In this document: positions 25,623 through 32,000 of the stretch, one piece after another
Numbering within the stretch: the stretch's first letter is position 1
How the letters are laid out: every line of letters starts with the position of its first letter
Assembly: GCA_008080745.1 (NCBI GenBank)
Contig: SHMX01000001.1
Coordinates: forward strand, 360,001 to 392,000
Direction: 5' to 3'
Origin: Candidatus Thorarchaeota archaeon
GTDB taxonomy: Archaea; Asgardarchaeota; Thorarchaeia; Thorarchaeales; Thorarchaeaceae
DNA: 32,000 nt
The notes under the pieces: model-generated
What the model was told of the DNA's origin: nothing
What the model saw: only the letters and a program-made list of their open reading frames with translations
Database searches by the model: none
Program-made: the position numbers and the translations under genes

Positions 25623-26072
25623 CTATGCCTTTTTCAGAGCAGCCTTTACCATTTCGGTGACTCGTTCTTCGTCAATTCCAGTCTTATTGGCAACCTTTGG
25701 GATTTCACAGTATGCTAAGTCTTCAATGGAAGAAATACCTGCCTTTGCTAATAGTTCAGCATCCTCTTTGTTGACCGCTTTAATTGAGGAGAGCTCCTTG
25801 ATGATTTTAGCAGAAATGCTTGGTTCCGTGGTAGTTTCTCCTTCATACACATCCATGAATTCCTCAATGTCCTTAACATATTGCTTGAGAATTTCGACAT
25901 TTTCATCATATGAGGACTTTCTACGAATATCAACAATGAGACCCATACGACGCGCCTCATCGATTGTAAGATCCGCCTTTTTGACTTCTTCTATACTAAA
26001 TCCACGACCTCGTCTGGGACGTTTGTCTCCAGGGGATTTTACAACAGACTCGGCAAATAACTCAAAGCTCAT
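25623..26072 (-). CDS. rpl13e: Large-subunit ribosomal protein eL13 (L13e) with C-terminal helix-hairpin-helix extension
   Basis: RRGRGFSIEEVKKADL..ARRMGL.VDIRRKS..ENVEIL is the archaeal L13e core; C-terminal ELSSIKAVNKEDAELLAKAGISSIEDLA..TGI is HhH-like. ATG at 26072 after GGTGA. Confidence 0.88.
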   Translation of the reverse strand: MSFELFAESVVKSPGDKRPRRGRGFSIEEVKKADLTIDEARRMGLIVDIRRKSSYDENVEILKQYVKDIEEFMDVYEGETTTEPSISAKIIKELSSIKAVNKEDAELLAKAGISSIEDLAYCEIPKVANKTGIDEERVTEMVKAALKKA

Positions 26073-26141
26073 GGTCACATTCACCTGTTTTGCTGGTCAG
26101 CTTTTGGACTGCTTATATCACTTTCTAAAGGAATAAGATTT

Positions 26142-26966
26142 CTAGAATTGATCCAATGTGGTCTGACTAGATGAGAAATGTTTGGTCAATGATGCAAGTT
26201 TTCTTTCCTGTTTCTCATCTAAGCGTCCAAGCATGTTGAGCATCTGTAGTGCATTAAACGGAGCATATGCTTCAAAATGGTTGTTGAAATATGCAACGAT
26301 AGAATCGACCTTGTCCGATAGGGAGTCTAGTCGAGGAATCCATTCTTGAAGCTCTTGTTTACTGTATTGATAATGATACCAAATATCATCTCCATGACCA
26401 TGCCATCGAATGTAAGAGAAATCTGTTGTGATTCTCATATCGATGGGAAGACGAGGTTCATCGACAATGACATGAGCGATATTATAGCTCTCAAGTAGAT
26501 TCCATGTGGACGAAGATAGCCAGCTCTCATCACGGAATTCTATTGCATATCGATAGGATGTATCCAATTCTGAAAAGAAAGTCTCCACATCACCCATGGT
26601 CTTGGCATCCCATGGTGGAAGTTGAATAAGTAATGCGAAGAGACGGGTTGAAAGTGGGCGTATTCTATCAAAGAAATCCTCCAGAATAAACCGACTCTCG
26701 GTATTCAAGTTTAATCGGTGATCATGTGTCACTTTCTGTGGTAATTTTGCAGTGAAGAACTTCTCTTCAGGGACCGATGTCACCAAATACCGGACAAATC
26801 CTTTACTTGGGGGTGTATAGAAGGTTGAATTGATCTCTGCAGTGTCAAAGATATGCAGATATTGATCAAGCATGGATTTCTTGCTATAATAGAACGGTCC
26901 AACCCAGTCGTCCTCATAGGACCACCCACTAGTTCCTATATGAAGTCCTTTTCTCATCATTCTCAA
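26142..26966 (-). CDS. DUF72 (UPF0759/YecE) family TIM-barrel protein
   Basis: IGTSGWSY.DW.GPFY, TAEINSTFY, KLPQKVTH, LLIQLPP, AIEFRDESW, YIRWHG, YFNNH. Confidence 0.92.
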   Translation of the reverse strand: MRMMRKGLHIGTSGWSYEDDWVGPFYYSKKSMLDQYLHIFDTAEINSTFYTPPSKGFVRYLVTSVPEEKFFTAKLPQKVTHDHRLNLNTESRFILEDFFDRIRPLSTRLFALLIQLPPWDAKTMGDVETFFSELDTSYRYAIEFRDESWLSSSTWNLLESYNIAHVIVDEPRLPIDMRITTDFSYIRWHGHGDDIWYHYQYSKQELQEWIPRLDSLSDKVDSIVAYFNNHFEAYAPFNALQMLNMLGRLDEKQERKLASLTKHFSSSQTTLDQF

Positions 26967-27061
26967 ACCTATAGATACATTTCAAGCAATCTGTCTTTCT
27001 GCTATCACTCTAATAACGAACTTCATAAGTTATTGTAATTAAATGAGTACTCGTGTCGACT

Positions 27062-27373
27062 ATGAAAGCTGAGAAATTAAAAGCCGAATTGGAGAATTTG
27101 GAAACTCATATGGGCGACTTTCGTGATAATAAAATCAAGATGAAAGGCGATGTTGCATACGAAGAACAGATGTTGACAATCGATGATGGAAAGACAGTCG
27201 TACGGCTCCATGCCAGAAATATCCGTAATGTCCACCTGGAGAAAAAGGCCATCAGAATAGCAGCTATGAATTTCGAAATTCGACAAGGAGAGGATGTTAG
27301 TGTTGTCAGTGGTGCAATCAAGCTAGAACTCAAGGGCGAATCCGAGGCATGGTATAAAGAACTGTGGGGCTAA
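27062..27373 (+). CDS. Small hypothetical protein, PH-like fold suspected
   Basis: Run of beta-strand patterns (KGDVAYEEQMLTI, VRLHARNIRNV, AIRI, IKLEL) ending in a short helix ESEAWYKEL; ATG at 27062 (track GTG 27053). Confidence 0.6.
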   Translation: MKAEKLKAELENLETHMGDFRDNKIKMKGDVAYEEQMLTIDDGKTVVRLHARNIRNVHLEKKAIRIAAMNFEIRQGEDVSVVSGAIKLELKGESEAWYKELWG

Positions 27374-27453
27374 TCTAAATCGGCCAAAATGCTATCGTTA
27401 AAATATCAGTATGATAAAGAATGAGTACCACCCTTCAAACGGCGGGACTAATA

Positions 27454-28752
27454 ATGTCTGAACACATTGAGTATGTTGAACTTCGCTTCACCGACCTACT
27501 GGGAAATTTGAAAGCCATGATTGTGCCATGCAATCCAGCAGAGTCGCTTGAGAAGCTAAAAGAAGATCCGGTAATGAAAAAGGGATCCAGCTGTGATGGA
27601 AGCTCTGTTACGGGACTGGCATCAGTAGAGGCATCTGATCTTCGTCTGTACCCGGATGTTTCAAGTCTAATCGAATTGCCATATTCCATCTATAGAACTG
27701 CTGCAGTGATGTGCTATGTAAAGCCAAAGATAGCTTCAGAAGGAAAGAAAGACTTCTTCCCGCTTGACTCACGGGGTATTCTTCAGAAGGTGTATGACAA
27801 TATCCTTGAAGATATGGTCTTACAGGTAAAGACAGAACCAGAATTCCATCTTATCACTCGAGAGGGTGCACCTTACGATTTTGGTGGTTATGCAGATACC
27901 TATCCACAGAACCCAGGTGCAGATATTTTGTTAGAGATGTCCGCCGCCATTAGAGAGATTGGGATGGAACCCAGAGTCATACACCATGAAGTGGGTAAAT
28001 CACAACAAGAGATTGAGATTGATTTTGAAGATGCCAGAAAGATGGCAGATTATCTTATCTTCTTTAAGAATCTAGCTAGAACGATTGCTAGAAATTATGA
28101 TGCAGATGTGACATTTATGCCAAAACCATTTGAAGGAGATGCAGGAAATGGCTTACACTGTCACATCCAACTGTGGAAAGGCAACACTAACTTATTTGGT
28201 AAGGATGATGGAGATTATCTCTCAGATACTGGAAAGAGTTTCATTGCAGGACTGCTCAAGCATGCTCCCGCAATAACTGCTATTGCCAATCCCACGATAA
28301 ATTCATACAAACGACTGGTACCGCATCATGAAGCCCCGGTGTATATTTCATGGGGCTTTAGAAATAGGACTGTGCTTGTTCGGGTGCCATTATTCAATTC
28401 TGCAGAGAAAGCGGCTGTTGAATTCAGGTCATCAGACCCTATGGCCAACCCCTATCTACTCTTTTCCGCGCTCATAGCTGGTGGTATGGACGGTGTTAGA
28501 AACAATTTAGAGCCCCCAGAACCACGAAGTGAAAATATCTTCAACTACAATGACGAAGAGTTAGAGAAACTGGGGATAACGACCTTACCCACCACACTGG
28601 GTGAGGCTCTTGACCATCTCGAAAAAGACAAGGTCATTATCGAAGCTTTGGGAGAACCGATAATCAAATCCTATATCAGACTCAAAAGAGCTGAATGGGA
28701 GGAATATACTAGTAAGATAGTTACCCAGTGGGAATGGGAGAAATACTACTAG
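27454..28752 (+). CDS. glnA: Glutamine synthetase, type I family
   Basis: FTDLLG, DGSS, EPEF, HHEV..QQEI, FMPKPF.G.AGNGLHCH, NSYKRLVP..EAP, WG.RNR, RVP, EFRSSDPMANPY; ATG at 27454 (track 27421). True GS activity versus a GS-like gamma-glutamyl ligase is not resolved. Confidence 0.88.
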   Translation: MSEHIEYVELRFTDLLGNLKAMIVPCNPAESLEKLKEDPVMKKGSSCDGSSVTGLASVEASDLRLYPDVSSLIELPYSIYRTAAVMCYVKPKIASEGKKDFFPLDSRGILQKVYDNILEDMVLQVKTEPEFHLITREGAPYDFGGYADTYPQNPGADILLEMSAAIREIGMEPRVIHHEVGKSQQEIEIDFEDARKMADYLIFFKNLARTIARNYDADVTFMPKPFEGDAGNGLHCHIQLWKGNTNLFGKDDGDYLSDTGKSFIAGLLKHAPAITAIANPTINSYKRLVPHHEAPVYISWGFRNRTVLVRVPLFNSAEKAAVEFRSSDPMANPYLLFSALIAGGMDGVRNNLEPPEPRSENIFNYNDEELEKLGITTLPTTLGEALDHLEKDKVIIEALGEPIIKSYIRLKRAEWEEYTSKIVTQWEWEKYY

Positions 28753-29909
28753 AAATGATGAGCGAAATAATCAGATAACCGATTAAAAGCCTCATCAACA
28801 GCTTCTGGTGTTAAGGGGCCTATCGATAGTCGGATATGTCCCTCACCCGCATCTCCAAAAACAGAACCTGGAAGTACCAGAGTTTTTGTTTCTTGAAGAA
28901 TATCTAGCACTAACTTGCGCGAGTCCTCACAACCCTTAACTTTCGGGAACAGATAGAAGGTTCCTCTCGTTCTAGTTAAGTCCCACTGATCGATTTCGTT
29001 TGCCCTAAGATAAGCTAAATCGCGTAATAGACCAAGTCCATCTATTTCAGAATCGATTTCATCCATTCCGTTCTTCAGAATCTCTAAAGCTAGTAACTGA
29101 CTGGGCGTTGGCGCACAAATAGTCATAGTATCCTGTACTTTCAAATACTCTTCCATGAAGTCTTCAGGACCTGCAATATACCCAATTCGCCATCCACTCA
29201 TTCCAAAGTCTTTGGAAAAACTTCCAATAGATATCACATGGTTTTGTGCATCGCGTCGAGACCGAGGACTATAGTGATTTGCCGATTCAAATGCCATTCG
29301 CCCATAGGTTTCATCTGATATCAAGAAGATATCTCGATCTACACAAAGGTCTACAAGAGCATCAATGCGTTCTTGTTCATATACCGCCCCTGTAGGATTG
29401 TTAGGTGATACAATGAGAATAGCTCTTGTGGTTTCATCTATTGATGATTGTATACCATCTATATCAGGCTGAAAATCAGAATCCACAGGAACCAAGCTAA
29501 CATCACCACCAACTAAACGAATTGCCATTACCGAATTGAAGTAAAACGGTGACGACATGATGATAGTCTGACCAGGATCGAATAGAGTAAGAGCAATTCC
29601 TGCAAAAGCATTGTTGCCCCCAGCGGTAATCATCAATTCAGTTTCAGGATCGGCATATAATCCCATTTGTTGACGAAGATATAATGCGAGTTCTTCACGT
29701 AATTCTAATAGTCCCTGGTCAGGCGTATATAGATGGGCGGATGGGTGAGACAATCTCTCCTGAAGGCCTTTAAGACTGCTGTTTGGAGGAATGTGACCAG
29801 ACAGACCTTGTCCTAGATTTAGGAAATCGGGAGAGTCGATAAACCGTCTTGCGGCCTCGACGATTTTTACTATGGGAGGGGCCATAATCTCTTCGGTTCT
29901 GAATCGCAT
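28749..29909 (-). CDS. PLP-dependent class I/II aminotransferase
   Basis: LNLGQG, ITAGGNNA, SPNNPTG, SDETY, GSFSKDFGMSGWRIGY (PLP lysine), PGSVFG..GEGHIRLS; ATG at 29909 (track GTG 29918). Confidence 0.95.
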   Translation of the reverse strand: MRFRTEEIMAPPIVKIVEAARRFIDSPDFLNLGQGLSGHIPPNSSLKGLQERLSHPSAHLYTPDQGLLELREELALYLRQQMGLYADPETELMITAGGNNAFAGIALTLFDPGQTIIMSSPFYFNSVMAIRLVGGDVSLVPVDSDFQPDIDGIQSSIDETTRAILIVSPNNPTGAVYEQERIDALVDLCVDRDIFLISDETYGRMAFESANHYSPRSRRDAQNHVISIGSFSKDFGMSGWRIGYIAGPEDFMEEYLKVQDTMTICAPTPSQLLALEILKNGMDEIDSEIDGLGLLRDLAYLRANEIDQWDLTRTRGTFYLFPKVKGCEDSRKLVLDILQETKTLVLPGSVFGDAGEGHIRLSIGPLTPEAVDEAFNRLSDYFAHHF

Positions 29910-30106
29910 CTCAATCACACCAGCAATCTATCTAAATTAACTTACTCTACTTAACTGCATCTCACCACATGAGAGCATAGCATTGTTATTTCAATTCACA
30001 ATTTGAGTCTAAATCTGAAAATATTGGACATGATCGCCAATTTCCGTCACAACATTGAGTGAAAGTTAATATTGTGCAAGCCACTAGTAGAAACAGGGTT
30101 GTGATT

Positions 30107-30886
30107 ATGGCCGACAAAGGTGAGATTAAAGGACTAGGAGCGCCCGAAGCAAAAGTTGTTCAAACAAAGACTCCTGAATTTAAAAATCCACTACTAATTT
30201 GCTGTTTCCCATCAGCAGGCGTAGTAGGAATTATAGCTGCTAACACTATCATTGAGCAATTCGATATGGAGGAGATTGCCCATGTGAGATCAAAATATCT
30301 TCCCTCCGCTGCAGTGTTCATGGATGGAAGGTTAAGACATCCTTTCAGAATTTATGGGAATTCGGAAAAGAATCTAATCGTAGTTACAACAGAACTTCCA
30401 GTTGCCGATGAGGGAATGTACTTTGTAAGTTCTGCAATTTTGGATTGGGCAGCAAGGATTGGTGTGAAGGAAACAGTTATTCTAGATGGAATACCCGTTC
30501 AGGGAATACCATCTGATAGAAAAGTTCTCTATGCCGCAGAAAAAGAAAAGCTTGCGGATCTTGAAGAAGATGAAGAAATGGAAATTCTGAGTAAAGGAAT
30601 AATTACAGGAATAGCAGGTTCTATTCTTTCAGAAACATTATGCAGAGAGATGGTGGGTTTTGCACTTCTCACACCAGCTATGCCAATGATGCCTGACCCA
30701 GAAGGGGCTATTCAATTACTTCATGCATTAACAAGACTGTATGATGTACAGGTAGATACCAAAGAACTACAGGATAGTGCAGATCAGATCAAAAAGAAGC
30801 TAGAAGAAGTCGCCCATCAAGTAGATGGAATGCGACGTAGCCGACCCACACCTGGTAGGCCAGGCTACGATCGAATCTATGCTTAA
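30107..30886 (+). CDS. Proteasome assembly chaperone, PAC2 family (PbaA/PbaB-like)
   Basis: LICCFPSAGVVGIIAA, HPFRIY, ILDGI, GIITGIAGSIL, PDPEGA..LL..L..LY...VDT.EL..A.QI; ATG at 30107 (track 30059). Confidence 0.9.
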   Translation: MADKGEIKGLGAPEAKVVQTKTPEFKNPLLICCFPSAGVVGIIAANTIIEQFDMEEIAHVRSKYLPSAAVFMDGRLRHPFRIYGNSEKNLIVVTTELPVADEGMYFVSSAILDWAARIGVKETVILDGIPVQGIPSDRKVLYAAEKEKLADLEEDEEMEILSKGIITGIAGSILSETLCREMVGFALLTPAMPMMPDPEGAIQLLHALTRLYDVQVDTKELQDSADQIKKKLEEVAHQVDGMRRSRPTPGRPGYDRIYA

Positions 30887-30895
30887 ACGTGAGAA

Positions 30896-31453
30896 TCAAT
30901 CACTGCAGGTGTCGTATGCCTCTCTGGCGCCTGCAGCATTTCTTGCGCCAACGTTCCCAGACCATTTTTCTTTGATGACCTGTTCAATGGTTTCGATTTT
31001 GACGAGTCCAGTGGCCTTTGCAAAAGCACCCAACATGGTAGTATTCACAACTGGTAATCCTGCAACTAACAGTCCATGTTTGAGTGCAATACCAGTCCCA
31101 TCATAGGTGTATACATGACCCTTCTCAAACTCGTACTCGGAGGCCTCTTTGTCGGAATTAATGATAATCTTTCCACCCTCTTTGAGCCCTTCGCTGACAT
31201 CGATGAGGTCAATGATACCAGGATCTAAGACCGCCACAATATCAGGCGTATATATCTGACTTCGAACATTGATTGTTTCATCCGATATACGTGTGAATGC
31301 TTTAACCGGAGCTCCTCGCCTCTCGGCCCCGAAATAAGGGAAAGCTTGTACACCTTCGTATCCATCAATAAGAGCAGCTTTAGCTAGTAGCTCCGCTGAG
31401 GTTACGCCACCTTGGCCACCTCTTCCGTGCCAACGTATCTCAATCATAGGCAT
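30896..31453 (-). CDS. 2-oxoacid:ferredoxin oxidoreductase gamma subunit (PorG/PorC-like)
   Basis: IEIRWHGRGGQGGVTSA, FPYFGAERRGAPV.AFTRIS, PDIV.VLD, VNTTMLGA; substrate specificity not determinable here. Confidence 0.95.
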   Translation of the reverse strand: MPMIEIRWHGRGGQGGVTSAELLAKAALIDGYEGVQAFPYFGAERRGAPVKAFTRISDETINVRSQIYTPDIVAVLDPGIIDLIDVSEGLKEGGKIIINSDKEASEYEFEKGHVYTYDGTGIALKHGLLVAGLPVVNTTMLGAFAKATGLVKIETIEQVIKEKWSGNVGARNAAGAREAYDTCSD

Positions 31454-31630
31454 TTTGAATTGACTCCTTGTGAGAACACACAGTCAAGCAGCTGGCAACA
31501 TCGGTGAAATAAAGGACTTTCGCTAGAGCAAGGTGGTTTCTATCAGGATAAAATGTATTGTGCAATATAGTCACAAATAAGACTTATACATAATCAAAAT
31601 AATTTCAGTATTGAAAATTCAATTGTTGAT

Positions 31631-31858
31631 GTGATAAATTTGGATGATGACTGGTATAAAGGCAAAGTCTTCAAGAAAAGACCCAAAAAAAGAGTTGAAT
31701 CGGACCCAAAAGACTCACCTATGGAGAAATGCGTTGTTTGTGGTAAGGAATTTCATAGGTTGGAAGGAGAATACCTAGTGGTTTCCCCCGAAGGATATAG
31801 ATGTCCTGAGTGTTGTAAGAAGCATTTTGGTAGTTTAGAAATTGATTACTCTGACTGA
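31631..31858 (+). CDS. Small C4 Zn-finger protein with basic N-terminal patch
   Basis: CVVCGKEF...YRCPECC; KKRPKKR basic stretch; follows an AT-rich divergent intergenic region. Confidence 0.6.
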   Translation: MINLDDDWYKGKVFKKRPKKRVESDPKDSPMEKCVVCGKEFHRLEGEYLVVSPEGYRCPECCKKHFGSLEIDYSD

Positions 31859-32000
31859 CAAAATAGAAGAGTAACATTTCTAGACAGGAATACAATCCAA
31901 AAATTATGGATAACAAAATCTCATATTCCGACAATCTCATTAGTGGGCAGGTTGAACAGATTTCTTGATTGCAATGGATGAATACATCAAGAAGAACCAA

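Noticed and set aside
25623-25625. Pyrrolysine/amber readthrough fusing eL13-HhH to the PfkB kinase
   Set aside because: No pyl genes or PYLIS-like structure seen in the window, a plausible SD plus CTG start lies 27 nt downstream, and many other genes here end in TAG. Kept only as a minor alternative.
611-31106. Numerous 60-190 aa ORFs antisense or out of frame within the called genes (e.g. 1585..1974, 9898..10341, 11834..12250, 13943..14425, 25573..26136)
   Set aside because: They are shadows of well-supported genes on the opposite strand or frame, with no domain motifs.
31719-32000. 93-aa minus-strand ORF at the window end
   Set aside because: Overlaps the Zn-finger gene antisense and has no motif. 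Another minus frame (WFFLMYSSIAIKKSVQPAH-stop, ending near 31940) could be the tail of a gene outside the window, but it is too short to call.
1-32000. CRISPR array, transposase/integrase, rRNA/tRNA, selenoprotein or small GTPase
   Set aside because: No regularly spaced repeats, DDE or tyrosine-recombinase motifs, RNA-gene signatures, in-frame TGA inside conserved genes, or GxxxxGK[ST]/DxxG/NKxD sets other than the ABC ATPase Walker A were seen.

Overview
Gene-dense archaeal chromosomal window (about 40% GC by spot counts), most consistent with an Asgard archaeon, probably Thorarchaeia. The evidence is eS26, eL13, class I LysRS, archaeal CCA enzyme, TrmY, a PAC2 chaperone and, above all, TRAPPC3/Bet3-like proteins. 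About 38 CDSs are supported; I saw no rRNA, tRNA, CRISPR array or mobile element. Housekeeping genes (cca, HDAC family, rps26e, trmY, lysS, glnA, aminotransferase, PAC2, OFOR gamma subunit, two MacB/LolD-type ABC components) are interleaved with two clusters of eukaryote-like proteins. (1) 19.5-24.5 kb: a duplicated two-gene module, a Roadblock-like domain plus tandem winged-helix protein followed by a TRAPPC3/Bet3-like protein. The two copies flank a convergent pair of related membrane proteins, and a canonical V4R gene follows. This is the best candidate for an undescribed system (a putative membrane-associated proto-TRAPP/Roadblock complex). (2) 0.6-4.4 kb: a Zn-domain/TPR/longin-like protein, a SNAP-like TPR plus PCI-domain protein, and a stand-alone copy of the same Zn domain. 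Smaller oddities: an eL13-HhH fusion, a PfkB kinase that needs a non-canonical (CTG) start, an inositol-kinase-like PfkB gene coupled to a CDP-alcohol phosphotransferase, and a small PH-fold-like protein. All family assignments come from motif recognition by eye; no database searches were run.
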